Source of the DNA: Intoshia linei
Lineage: Eukaryota > Animalia > Orthonectida
Assembly: GCA_001642005.1 (NCBI GenBank)
Contig: LWCA01000071.1
Coordinates: 1-60,546, forward strand
Direction of reading: 5' to 3'
Length of the DNA stretch: 60,546 nucleotides
Below, in pieces: positions 39,852 through 53,779 of this stretch. Every line of letters begins with the position of its first letter. The stretch's first letter is position 1. The position numbers were made by a program, and so were the translations under genes. The notes under the pieces are model-generated. The model searched no databases. It saw nothing but the letters and a program-made list of their open reading frames with translations, and had not been told where the DNA came from.

Positions 39852-42800
39852 TTAATTAATTGCATATATAACAAAAAATAACCTATTATATTTATCACTG
39901 GACGCTTCCAAATTATCTTTGATAAAACATTCAAAATGGTCAAAAGATTCAAACCTATGTAAATGTTTTTTCGTAATTTTGAACGTATCAAACAGTGTAT
40001 ACAAATGCAGAGATAAATAATTAACAATTTCATCTGTAGAAAATTGATAATAAACATTAAAACTCTTAAACATGTTGATTAAATAAGATAAAATTTTTTT
40101 CATTTGATAATTATAAAAATTGATAATTTTGCCAGAATCCCAAAATCTATAATTTGATTCATTTTCAGAACATTCAGATATAGGGTATTTAATAAATTCA
40201 AGAGTAATATGTTGCATAAAAGAAAAAAAGCAAATTTCATAAAGTGGACTTGAATTTTGATAAGCAACCTGAAACAATTTTACAAGACTAGTTTCCAAAC
40301 ATAAATGTGCATCATTATTACAATTTATAACGGTAAAATTCAATTTGTCCCTTTCCAATTTATACAAATCTTTGCATAGTATATCCAAATTTGAATCATT
40401 TTTAAAAAATAAAACATGTGATTCTTTTGTAATTTTTTCAGGTAAATATTTAACATGGTCCAATATTAATAAATGTAAATCAAATGGACCAATATTTTGA
40501 GAAATTGTATCAAAATTTTCATATTGAAATTTAATAAAATATTTATTATTAATTTTAAATTGAACATGTTGCATATTATAGAATTCACTTTCAATTTTAC
40601 AACGTATCCAAATTTGTAATGCAGAAGAATCATTGAGAATATGAATGTGGACGGTCCAGATAAAAACGCCTTGATCGTCTGTATCTACTACTTTCATTAA
40701 ACATGACGAGATTGATAAAGTACTATAAAAATTACACGTTGATTGTGAATTATCTGTCTTTGTTTTTTGAATTTCATATAAAATTAAATTTGTAAAAATG
40801 GCGTCATCAAAATGTTTATAAAAGTTTTTAGCAGCATTTTTAATCAAAATAAAAGAATCATTAGATATAAAATCCAAAAAGAGGGGTCTGGTAAGACTTA
40901 AATGGATTAGAAACTTTTTAAACGATATTACAAACCTCCACTTGTACCAATATCGTTCCAAAACATGCTTTCGGTAACATTTTCTAATATACAGAGTATT
41001 ATATTTACTCTTGACAATTTTTTTAGTTTGCTTTTTTTCAACAGGTGAATCTGATATATTTTTAAATGTACATTTAATACCACTTTTTAGATTAGTTTCA
41101 TTTTCAAATTTACAATTATTTACATTATCAACTTTCAAAATTGGATTGACACGTACACAATCAATAACTTTTTCATTCTCTCGAATAAACCTCTCCAAAA
41201 AACTGTCAAGTATCATATTTGTGGCAGAATGTATAATACGATTCATGTTACAAAATTCTGTCAAAATTGGTTTCAATAAAATACCACAATATTCGTTCAA
41301 ATACATACCGAGAACAATTTCCGATACATTGACATTACAAACAGTATTTTCAAAATTACTTTTTAATCCATATTCTTGACAAACTGATCTAGTTAATGAA
41401 TCAACAAGTTTATCGTATACGTATTTTACGCTAGGTAAAACATGTACATTATTATCACTGGCAAAATCTATCATTACGGAGGGTTCTCCATATAATTTCT
41501 GCCTATCAAATTCAGATTGAACAGTATCGTTATAAGAAAAATTGATATTTTGACAAGATTCATAACTTTCATTCTTCTTATCACGTTTAACACGGTCCAT
41601 ATAATTTGAAAAAACATCCATCGATTCAACTGGTAAAATGTCAAACATTGAAAAATTAAAATCATCGTCAATAAAAGGCTCACGTTCAGCATTGAAAAAA
41701 TTATCATTTTGGTTTATCCAATTTCTACAATTATTGTAAACTCCAGATATTATCTAAATTGAACTTTTATTAATTCATTAATTAAACAGTCAAATTAATA
41801 ATAATAATATCCCATCAAACATAAACCTCAATAATTGACACCAGGGATAACCAACAAAACGACCGCACATAACTTTCTAGTGGACCTCCAAATTTTACTT
41901 ATATTTATACTAGGTTGACTGTTATGTACTACGTACAAACAGCAGCTAGCTCTGACGATGGCACATTTTTATTATACTTAAAAAATATATTCACGCTGAA
42001 AATCTAACTTAAAAATGCTACTATTCACTATTTCAATCCTTTAAAGGAGTGGTTCCCAAACTTGTTTCAGGTGGAATCGTCATATCACATTACTTTTTAC
42101 TTTAAAGTGAATTATTCCATCTTAATGTTTTTGTTAACATTTGCGTAAAGAATTTAAAAAAAATTGCTCTCCCATTTTTTTAATTAATTATACCAAATGT
42201 GTGTATAATATTAAAAATAAAGTAAAAACAGTCCAACCCTAAAAATTGTCTTAATTTAAATTTTAAACAAAATGTTTTGAAAATGAGAATTTAAGATTTA
42301 AAATTGCGAAAGAATAAATTATATAGATTTTTACCCATATTTCTTCATTGGAAATGTGTAGATTTCTGGGTTGAAGTTTTGTATTTATATCAACTGGAAT
42401 AAGCTCTATCAGAATAATCTTTTTTTTTAAATTTCCGACCTTTAATAGTTTCAAATTTTTTGTTTTGATAAAATATTTCGGAAAAAAAATATATGAATAC
42501 TAAAATGCTTTTTTGACCGTGAAGTCGTCAACTTATTCAGATTGAAATTTTTTGTATGTGTTAACAGGATACAACTATACCACCTGTAAATTTTTTAAAA
42601 TTCTAGGGCTGTTTTCATTAAAAAAAAAAGGGGGGCCATTTGTGGTTTTAGCCCTGAAGATATATTTTTTTAAATTTACATTTATGATTTCAAAATCCGT
42701 ATCAGAGCATATATTTTTTTTAAATTGTCCAACGCATTTGATTTTCAAAAAAAAAGACAATTGGGGTTTTTGACCCGTAAGATTTGAGTTTGGGAGGTTG

Positions 42801-45800
42801 AAATTTATTTTGCTAACACCCCGACAAAAAACTGTAATTGAAATGTGGATTTATAAAATTCTAAGACTGGTACAGGGTGTACCATTTAGAACAGTGCACT
42901 TGTTAAAACATGTATTATTATGAGTGCACTGACGAAATAAAAAACAAATCAACTGTATAAAAACAAGTTCATATTAATTTTTTGAAATGTTGAAACCACG
43001 AGTGAAAGAATATTTCTTGTCGAGCTATTAATCGAGTTTAAAACATGCCATACTTCATTTATATCCATGAATTGGTTAAATCAAAAATTCGACGAAAAAA
43101 TAATATCAAAAAGTATATAATCACTAAAGGCTCCTGATGTAACGCCATGTGATTTTTATTTGTGGGAAACAATAAAATCTAAAATTTATAAAAATTCCCC
43201 TTCAAATATAGAATCCGTACAAACCAATATCATTAACACAATTAGCACTCAAGAATTATCTAATGTTTGCATAAATTTCCTTAAACGCATTGATTTATGT
43301 ATCCAATCTGATGGTGGTCATTTTGAACATTTATTGTAAATTAAATAATTTCTAGTTTCTAACTTTTTCATAAATACTTTAGATAAATATCCAAATAATT
43401 TTATTATTGAGGAAATTTAATTGTTACAGTCAAAACGTTTTTTGACAAACTTATCATTTTCAAATGCACTGTTTAAAATGGTACACACTATAGTTATTGA
43501 AATAAACGGTAACACATACACACAAACAAATATTGCATAGAATATTATATAAGTAAAAATAACTGTATTTTGTGTCACAAAGTAGAATCGTATGGGAGAA
43601 TCCGAAAATGAGTAGTTTTTCTTTATATGATTATAATTAATTATTAATAACTAGGTTGAATGTTATGTACTCAAACAGAACCTAGCTCTCCCGAGGACGG
43701 AATTTTTTAATTCTACCCAAGAAATCTTACTATTCACTATTATCAATACTTAACACTTTAAACATTACTAAATTGATAGAGAATATCTATATAATCTACA
43801 ATTTATATATACTAGGCACAGGTTAAGAGGACCACTTTTTTCAAAATTTAAAAATTTTCATAAAATTGATTTTTTCTGTATAAATTCAGTTAAATTTCAA
43901 ATAACAAATAAACTTGAGACAAAAAGGAACAATATGCTCTGGAATAATAACACATGTTACAAAGCAGTGATAATGTATATATAACTATAATTTTATCAAC
44001 TACCATTAAAAAGTATTCATTATATCTGATATTTAACTAAATTTTTATATCATTGATATATCCCTAAGAAGAGTAAAAAAGCAAAATACATTGCAGACAT
44101 CTATTTTTAATGCATTCAATAAAATTATATATATTTATATTAAATATCTATTTTTAAAATGATTTTAAAGAACAAAATTGACATTTAACAAATAATTACA
44201 CTACAAATTTTGTTGTATAGAAAAAAAGATTAGAAAGTATTGATAAATTAAAAATAAAAACTTGTATCTATTCCAATTCTAATCAATTTTAGTAAAAAAT
44301 AAATAATAATCTATAAAATATGCCAATTTTTAAAATGAAAAATTGTGTATTAACAAAAAATAAGGATACAAGAAAATAAAGAATGACTAATTAAAAAATG
44401 ATACATTAATAAGCTGAAAATTTATTTCTTATATAATATATATAAGACTTATTTACATTAGATATATTATTTATGAAGCTGCATAAGCCAAATTATTTAC
44501 ACATGTATGCTAGTCAGAGTGATATATTTGACTAAACTTTTAATCTTATGCATACCAACTTTAGTGTATTTGTTTTAGCTATATTTGATACGGCATTGTT
44601 TAAAAATTAAAATCAACTTGTAATTTACAAGAGCATTCGTAACGTATTACCATGGCTCTTTTATATTAAATCTTCAGTAAAGTAGTGATAATTGGTCAAC
44701 AGCGCATCGTTACATGTACAATTTTTTCCACATTTAATATAATATATAAGCTTTGAAAAGTAGATATTTAAATGAATGCAAAAAGACGTCGCAAATCTTT
44801 GTCAATACTGCAAAAAAGGGAAATAATAAAACTGCTGGATAATGGCGAACGAAATGTGGATATAGCAAAAAAATATGAAATCCACATCATGACTGTAACA
44901 GGAATTAAAAATAAACGACAACAAATAATGTCATTGCCCAATAGTGAACTTGACAAAAAGAGAATATTACCACGTCATTCTGAAACTTTACAGAAAAAAT
45001 TGCACAAATGGATAACAGAACAAAAACATTTCAGTATTTCAGATGATGCCATTCAGTCTAAAGCCATAAATTTGTATTTTGAAGGTGGGTCTGAGTTTTT
45101 TATACCCAATAACTCGTGGATAAATACTTTCAAGAAACGTTTCAATATAATTTCCGAAAATGATGTAAATATAATTGGCACACCAAAATACGATACAAAA
45201 ATTGCCGTAAACAACGGAATTCTATCGAAAAATTTAAAAAAAATGAAACCAATTTCATTTAGGGGTAATTTTTTATTCATGTTAATATTTGGTTTATTTA
45301 AAAAAATTATCATTTACGTCAGTGTTTTTCAAACGGGGTAGAGAGAATTTCAAAATTTTTTGGGTCGCGAAAACAAAAAGGTTGAAATCACTGATAATAT
45401 AATTATATTAGATTATTGTATGTTTAACACTAATTTTACGTGTTAAAACCTAAATATCTGTATTTGTATAATTCAATGTAGATCATTTACATCTATAATT
45501 TACGATCACTTTGGAAATTCATCAATTTTTGTTGATTCTTAATAAAATGGGTATTCGGTGTAAAAGGGGTAACTAATAAATTACAATTTTTTGAATCTAC
45601 AATACATTCTAACGAAATGTATATTTATTTTGTTGACTAATATTTATTTGAAATTAAAATGTAAATTAACATTTAACCCTTTCACTGTCTGTGTATTCTT
45701 TACTATACACAGAAATTTCACTTCACACGTCTGTGTATTCTATGATATACACAGCATAATTTTGAAAACTTTAATTTTTTTATTTTCATACATTTTCACA

Positions 45801-48800
45801 GGTAATTTAAAAATAATACAAGTTTAAATTAGAACATAAATTCCAGACGTGTGGTGATGCATCACGAGCTAATTAATTACTTGTTCTTATATTATTATCA
45901 TGAACAAAACAGTAAACATTCTATAAATTATCGTATTGCAATTTGCAATATCTGAGATATCGAAACCGATACTTGAAATTTTTGAAAATTTTTTATTTAC
46001 ATGTTAATTAATTAATTATTTTTAATCATTAAAACTTTAATTACAGTGATTCTCAAAATAATAAACGCCATGAACCCCAAAATTCAAAAATTATTTATCA
46101 TGGACCCTTAAAAATTTATATATAAATATTAATCTTATTTTTAATTAGACCATTTTCTAAAAAAAATTAGAAAAAATGGTTTCTCCCTTAAGGATTGGTA
46201 AAGTTGGATTTTTTCTTTTGGTTTTTTAAAAAAGTATTGGAAAAAGGATTTATTGGGGATTTTTACCTTAAGGGTTGTAAATTTGGATTTAGTGGTGTTT
46301 TATCCTTAATATTACATTAATTCCTAAAAGAATATATTACTTTAGCGGTAGACCCCTTTGAGAAGCATCGATGATAATTTCTCAGAGTATAAGACGGGTT
46401 AGTCACTTTTCTGCTTTTTCTTTAAGTAATCTCGAGAGTCCAATATGCCATCATAGATTTAAACGATGCTGATGTAAAATAAATAATTAAAAATTTCACG
46501 CCCCTAATTTATTTAATATCCATGAGCTAAATCAACTTATTTAAATCTTAATACATTATAAATTTAATTTAGTACTAAAAAAAGCATTAAAACCAAAGCA
46601 AGTTTGGATCGAACAATACAAAAAACAACATTACACTACTCATGCAAATAAATACCAATTATCTGAATCTTGTAAATTTTGCCAAATTTAAAGCAGCTAC
46701 ATTTATATATATTATATAATGTAAAGTTATTACAAACACAAATGTATTCTAATTTTGTAAATAAAATTTACAATTATATTAATGTATCACATTAATTCAG
46801 GGCCCCAGTTAGTGTTTTCAATTTGGTTAACTGTTTTGCCTAAAATTTTCGGTTAACTGATGAGCAGAGGTGTTGCCAACATTGTTGGTTTTATTACCAA
46901 AAAAATTAAAAAATTAGTTTAATTTTGTAGGGTAGGGTAAATTATTGCAGAATTACAAGATGTTAAGATTTTACACAAAGCCTAGACGAACGCTACAGTA
47001 TTATTTAAAAAATCCAACTTTTAACTCACCATTAATAATATTTAATAAAAATCCATTTCAAGCCTGCATGTTTTCCTGTATGTAAAAACCCCCTTTTTCC
47101 GATTTTAACATCTTAACCATTCGACAATTTACTAAAAATTTTGAATATTTTTAAAGAAAACTTTTAATTTTAAATATAATAATTATAATACATTTTTTAT
47201 TTTTAATGCAAATTTGCATCCATTTTAACTGGAGGGTTAATCCTACCCAAAATATTAAATCGAATTATACCAATCCTTGAGAAAAATAAAGGTATGGAAA
47301 TATATAATGTAAATGTAAAATCCTTTTCCGATATTTTTTTGAAAAATTCGATTTTACCAAACCTTTCGAGAAAAACTCTTAATCCAACCACAAAATAAAC
47401 TAATTTTACCAACCATAAAGGAAAAAATCCCTTTTTCCAATATTTTTAAAAAACATAATTAAATAAATTTTACCAAAATTAAAAATTTAATTAAATTTCA
47501 TCATATTTTTCATGGATAATCGTGAAATATGTTCTAAAAAAAGGGAATTTATTTTTTATTTCAATATTTTTTTGCGTCACACAGTAACTTATGTTATAAT
47601 TTTAACCTAAATGATATAATAAAGTTAAATAGTAGTAAAATGCAGTTATGTAATAAATAAACATCCTTTACTTACATATACAAATATTTAATAAAATTGA
47701 ATGTTTGTATATGTGTGTTTGTGTGTTAAAATTTATTTAAAAAATTAACAATCGTAGAAATAAAAAAACCAATTTCTAATACAGTTTTTGATAGGTGATG
47801 TTTATATCTAAGTTTTATTTCCGAACATTGAGTTTTTCCGCGTCAAAGGCACAATTTGCCTTTTTTTAATAATAAAACCAACTCAAAAATTTATAAATCA
47901 TAAATTCTGGGATAGTTATTAAAATCATAAATAGTAACCTCATAAAAGTGCATTTTCACGATAAAAGTCGTAAAATTTTTTAAATTAACTATATCCAGCT
48001 GACACACAGAAAAATTTTAAATCTAACAAAGTGACGCATTCACGGCCAAAAAATACTTAATTTAAAAAAATATTATTAATTCTTTTTTATTTGGAAACTA
48101 TTTTATTATTATCAAAAATATAATATTTTCATTATACGTGAAAAAATTTATGAGACTCAATAGCATCATTTTATTCAGTATAGATTTATAAATTAGTCAT
48201 TAATAATGACTATTTATATATTTTTAAAAAATGCTGGTACCAGCAAATCGATCACCCTTGCTAATATGTATCTACAAAACAATAAAATAATAAAAATTAC
48301 ATGAGAAATATCGATATTGACAAATTTACGTTGAATAACATTAGATTTTTTGACATTGGAGGTGGAACTAGAATAAAAAGTAGGTTGATTATCAGCAATA
48401 GCTTTGGCTTCAATCCAAACTTGATAGTATTCATTATCTGCATAAATAGGTTCAAAAGGTGTTAAATACTCCTGCAATTCTTCTCTATCAGTGAACCCTA
48501 GCCACCGAATCAATTCGTTAAAACTCACTTTCAAAAACGCAGATTTGAGAGTATAGGCTGAAACAATACGTTTCAAAGTATTGTATCTAATTTCCTGCAA
48601 TTTTCTGACAAGTAAACAAGACGATAAAATATCCAATTTATCAAGATGATTAAAAAATTTGACAAAATTGCCATTATTAACAGAATGAACAATAGAAAGA
48701 GCAGTTTGAACCTGCCGAGAAAAGTAAATCCTTTCAGGTAAATCCTCTAAATTGACTAAACAATGACTATCACAAAAATACAAGCAATTATAAGCTCTAA

Positions 48801-51800
48801 ATTCGGGTTCATTGCAAGATATAATATCTGTATTATTATTACGATGATGATTATAAATTTCCAACAAGGAAACCATAGACTGCTTAAAAGCAGTATCATT
48901 CATACTTTTATCGAATGCGGTATCATCAACATCAATCATGTAATGAATACAAAAAATGTGAAACCTTGTAATAATTTCTAAACAATAAATGGCATATTCA
49001 TCCTTTAAATTGAGATGATTAATATCTTTACGAATAGCACGCGTCCTAGTCCAAATGAAATTGTACCATTTGTCTAAAGATGCATATTTTCCTGAATTTA
49101 CAACGTTTTTCACGATATAAATTATAGTTTTAACTAAAACACTCGGAGGGCGTAATTCATGAGGCAATGGTAATTCTTGGTCAGCAGAAGATCTCGTGTA
49201 CTCCTTAATAGCCATAAACCTTTCAGAACTTTCATAAATGCTAATATTTTCATTATTTTTACGTCGATAATACTCTCCAGTTGGGCACATATATTGGCAG
49301 GTCCCAGAAAGGTATTTATGTTTAGTTTGAGACATGTAAAATTTCACGATATAGTCATACATTTCAAAAGCAGTAATTTTTTCAGAAATGTTTGAAAATT
49401 TAGTAATTTTTAAAGTATTTAAATGAGATTCAACTGTGGTGTCTCGACTATTTATTTCAAATTGTAAGAGATTAAAAACATCATTTTTTATAATTTTGTT
49501 TACATTTTCCATTTTTATGTAATTAAAATGATTAAATAAATTAGACACTTTTCCTGAACAATAAAAGGTTGTCAAATTTAAAAATTTATTTAATTTTGAT
49601 TTTTCAATATTATCTTGAATAAAAATAATTAAATCGTTTAAATTTTCACAAAAAATTATGCAAAATTGTAACGGAGAAAAGGCCGACAAAAGGTGTTTAA
49701 CGGAAACGGAATAGTCTTTAACCAAACAAAGATATCCAGTACTAAAATGAATAACCTTCATTCCAGTTCGAATATAAATAACATCAAAACTTGACACTAC
49801 AGCAGATATTGTAGATTTTGAATCAAAAACCAATACAGCACATCGACATGACTTGAAATGAAAAATTTTTAAAATTTGTCCAAATTGAAAAAATATTTTT
49901 CGAAGTTCAATAATATTGTTAAATTTTGAAACAATTTCACAAATTAAAACAGAATTTTGACCAAAAGTAAGATTAGATTCTTTGAAATATAATAAATTGA
50001 CTTTTAATGCCTTACAAGAGTCTTCAGGTTTTAATTGTTTAGAAATTGAAGAATGATCATTTCTGCTGCATAACAATAAATCTTTGAATTCAATCAATTC
50101 ATCGATAACATTACTTGATTCATTTTTATAAAATTCAGGATTCAAAATCTCAGAATCCGACAATTTTGGGTCAACAATTTGATCAGAATCTGAAAAATCT
50201 GAAATTTCAATTTTTTCACTCTCCATGTTAATATCATTGTCAACTTGAAGATGATGATTTGGATTCACTTTTGATGGACCAGAAAAAATGTCGTGAAATT
50301 TCATTTTTTCTTTTTTTACATCATTAATTTTCTCGTTAACATTTTCATGTTTCAATTTTTTTTTAAAATTAAAACAATCACCTTTTTTTGAATTAAATGA
50401 AACATATTTCTGTAAATTATTCAACACTTTTGAGTCATTATCCAATTTTTTTTCAATTATATTTTTCGGTCCGACTACGCTATTAACTTTAGAATCAACA
50501 TCAAAATCAAACTTCCAAGACATTGCATCACCCTTAAACCTGGAAAGTGGTTCATTATCATTACATTCAAAATTTTCATTTTCCGTTTCATCTTTAATAC
50601 CAAATTTTACAACTGATTCACCAAAATTGTTCCTTTTTTCACAATAATCTTTATTTTTTAAATTTATTTTATTTGAATCAATTCTAGAAAAATCAAAGTC
50701 AGGCATTTTATTATTACCTAATTCAGTATTTACATTATTCTTACCAAAATTAAACGTACTAGGTGTTTTTGGTTTATTTTTAGAGTCATGCTCAATTGCC
50801 TTTACATCATTGTTTGTATTTTCATCAAAATGAAAAGGTTTTAGATGTGTGTCAAATAACTGGTTTTCCATTTTTTTATATTTATTCGGCAAATTTGGTT
50901 GCAATTTGTTTTGTATTTTATTAAAATTAAAAATTGGTCGTTTTTTGGATATATTTCTAGGTTCATTTTCTTGGTTGGTTTTGTATGGAATAGAAGTGGA
51001 AGTATTTACATATTTTGACCCAAAATGTAACCTTTTAAATTCATTTTTTTCAAAGTTTGAATCTTTAAATACATTTTTAGTCAGTTTATTCTCTACATTA
51101 TTTACAGAAAAATTGGAACCATCTAATGGATTTGGCTGAGGAATGCTAGGTTTTAATACATGACAATTTACTTTATTGCTTTGTTTCATATTAACATTTT
51201 TTAAAAAATTTCGGTTTTTTTCAAATGTTATTTGATCGGTCCCAAGATTTGATTTCATATTTACTTGACAATTGCCTTGTACAAAATTTGATTCTTGGTT
51301 TAACGGTAGTTTATCAATCTAAATATTCAATATTTAGACAATTTAATATACCTACCAAATCGCAAATCAGATTTTACACGTTAATCATGTAGGGTCGAGC
51401 TTTAAGGTAACTTTTACATAAGGACCTATTTACAATTGGGTTATACCATCACATAATGGTATACCATGTCAGGATGTCATTCCGTAGATAATTGATTCTA
51501 AAGGTGGCCATTTGTTCCATAATGGATAAAATGAACAATTCAGGAAATCACGAGAGAAATTATCCAAAGTCGGGGATTAAAGAAAAATCAAAAAAATTAT
51601 TTACTGTATTTATTATTTTAATAACAATTAATTTATAAGGGGTTCCGAAAATACGGAAGTGTAACCAAAGTGTATGGTTACACTTCCGTATAAAGTCACA
51701 ATATAACATATTTAGAGAGAATATTGTAATATTTTTTTCAATACCTTTAAATTAAAATTATCTTGTGACTTGAAATTCCCAAAAATTAATTTTGAATTTG

Positions 51801-52011
51801 TGTTAAAAGGTTTAGTATTTAAATCAAAAAGTTTTTTGGTACGATTTTGAGCAAATAAATTTTTAAAATTATTTTTGATTGGTTTGTTCAAATTAACTTC
51901 CGCTACATTTTCATAACCAAATTTAAATTTGCACATTTTGTCTTTATTCAACGTTGGTTCGTCTTTTGTATTTACTTTAGTATTTGTGGTGTATTCTTTA
52001 AAATTGTTCAT
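39852..52011 (-). CDS. MCM3AP: GANP/SAC3 (TREX-2 scaffold); exons 52011-51745, 51318-48301, 41753-39852 (about 1,730 aa)
   Basis: SAC3/GANP domain 'GTCQYMCPTGEYYRR...AIKEYTRSSADQELPLPHELRPPSVL...WYNFIWTRTRAIRKD...EPEFRAY'; F/FG-rich N-terminus; RRM-like segment. Both introns are phase 0 GT-AG and join in frame ('ISH|IISG'); CID-like 'ERYWYKWR' in exon 3. Confidence 0.9.
42210..43560 (-). mobile_element. Copy of the Helitron-like repeat interrupted by a Tc1/mariner element
   Basis: Reverse-complement similar to 52501-53615; the sequence resumes across the insertion (AAGACTGG|TA...TA|GTTATT). Confidence 0.75.
42873..43490 (+). mobile_element. Tc1/mariner-superfamily deletion derivative (rosa/DD41D-like C-terminus)
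   Basis: TA TSD; ~26-bp TIRs CAGGGTGTACCATTTAGAACAGTGCA / TGCACTGTTTAAAATGGTACACACTA; remnant 'APDVTPCDFYLWETIKSKIY...RIDLCIQSDGGHFEHLL*' at about 43130-43339. Confidence 0.88.
44772..45341 (+). CDS. CENP-B/pogo(Tigger)-type double HTH DNA-binding protein without DDE domain, nested antisense in GANP intron 2 (probable donor at 45265)
   Basis: 'KRRRKSLSILQKREIIKLLDNGERNVDIAKKYEI..TV..I' (psq-type HTH) plus 'LQKKLHKWI...ISDDAIQSKA...SWINTFKKRFNI' (CENP-B HTH). Intact ATG-initiated frame; no pogo TIRs recognised. Confidence 0.8.
   Translation: MNAKRRRKSLSILQKREIIKLLDNGERNVDIAKKYEIHIMTVTGIKNKRQQIMSLPNSELDKKRILPRHSETLQKKLHKWITEQKHFSISDDAIQSKAINLYFEGGSEFFIPNNSWINTFKKRFNIISENDVNIIGTPKYDTKIAVNNGILSKNLKKMKPISFRGNFLFMLIFGLFKKIIIYVSVFQTG
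47662..48060 (+). mobile_element. Copy of the Helitron-like repeat (partial)
   Basis: Starts ATCCTTTACTTACATATA, followed by a GT microsatellite and the subrepeats. Confidence 0.6.
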
Positions 52012-52500
52012 TTTTTAATGATATTTAATAATTTCAATCAATTTCACGGATAATTAGACTCAGTTTTCATCAATTTAAATCTTATTAACATGACATTTTG
52101 TAGTTTAAATTTAAATTTATTGGTCATTTTGGATAATTTAAACGTTACCATACAACGATATCGTCTATTATCATTTTATTTTGTTCATTTTTAAGTGTTG
52201 TGGAATGTAATCTCATTTATCATTATTTTGACCATAAATCAAAGTTAGTCGTACATTGGTTTTTTTTTATTTGGTTCAAATAATAACATTTCAATATGAT
52301 AAATACGTATATATTCTTAAACTGTAATCGTATTTCCGTGTAGGTAAAAATGTATGTCTAACTATTTAGTCAACATAGTTGGGTCTAGAATTTTTCAAAT
52401 CGAGAAGTATTAATTTCCTCAGCCATAATAATATATACCTGAAAACTTTCGCAATCTTCAGATATCTAATTTTGTAGCAACTACCTAACACACATGCTAA

Positions 52501-53615
52501 TCCTTACTTATATAATATGCTACACGATTTTTGTTTGTGTGTGTTCCACTTTATTGAAATAACTAACAGTCTTAGAATTTTATAAAGTTTACATTTCAAT
52601 TACAGTTTTTCCGGGGGTGTTCGCAAAATAAATTTCAACCTCCAAAACTCAAATCTTACGGGTCAAAAACCCCAATTGTCGTTTTTCTTGAAAATCAAAC
52701 GTGTTGGAGAATTTAAAAAAATATATACGCTGATACGGATCTTAAAATCATAAACATTATCATAAATTTAAATTTAAAAAAATTATATCTTCAGGGCCAA
52801 AACCACAAATTACCCTTCTTTTTTTAATGAAAACAGTCTAGAATTTAAAAAAATTTACAGGTGGTACAGTTGTATCCTGTTAACACAGTCAAAAAATTTT
52901 AATCCGAATAAGTTATAACTTCATGGTCAAAAAAGCATTTTAGTATTCATATATTGTTTTTCCGAAATATTTTAGTAAAACAAAAAATGTGAAATAATTA
53001 ATGGTCCGAAAATTAAAAAAAAATTATTCTGATAGAGCTTATTTTAGTTGATATAAATACAAAAGTTCAACCAGAGAAATCTACGCATTCCCGGTGAAAA
53101 ATAATTTTTAATATATAATCAACCAATATTTTTCAAATATTTCGATTAAAATAAAAATGTAAATATTGATCCTACAATTTCAAAAAAAATGTGCATTGAA
53201 CGTCTACACATTTCAAATAAAGAAATATGGATGAAAATCTATATAATTCATTCCTTCGAAATTTTTTTCATTGCTACGAAATTTTTAAATTCTCCTTTTC
53301 AAAACATTTTGAATAAAATTTAAATGAAAACTACAACAACGTAACTAAAAGTCATACAACTTTGTTAATATCATTCTTTTATTTATTACAATCCTTTGCA
53401 ATATTGTTAAAATTTGACTGAAATATGTTTATAAAGTGAAGATTCGGTTAATTATTGATACATAATTGGTACTTTTAAGTATTTATTAAATCATCGAGTA
53501 TATATCATCACATTGAAAATGACAAAATAGGTTTTGATAATTTTATTTTTTCTGGTATTTATGCTATTTATGACAATTTTTAGGATTGGACTGTTTTTAC
53601 TTTATTTTTAATGTA
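52501..53615 (+). mobile_element. Long copy of the Helitron-like repeat
   Basis: 5' A|TCCTTACTTATATAAT, TGTT/GT microsatellite and subrepeats; highly similar to 42210-43560 (inverted), 58090-59014 and 60240-60546. Confidence 0.75.
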
Positions 53616-53779
53616 ATAATTCGTTATTATTTAATTGTATTTATAATTTAATATAGGTTTGAATCACTGGAACAGCTGATTAAAATTTTTTTTATAAACA
53701 CATGAAATTAAAGTGAAAATTGGCACTTTTACTTAGATGCGGTTACTATCACTCGCCTATAATGTCGATCTGCCTAGGT

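Noticed and set aside
39852-41648. 598-aa ORF as an independent gene
   Set aside because: It splices in frame (phase 0, acceptor 41754) to the SAC3/GANP exon and supplies the expected C-terminal region.
52144-52156. X-box-like GTTACCATACAAC upstream of GANP
   Set aside because: The second half-site deviates from RGYAAC and GANP is not a ciliary gene; not distinguishable from chance.
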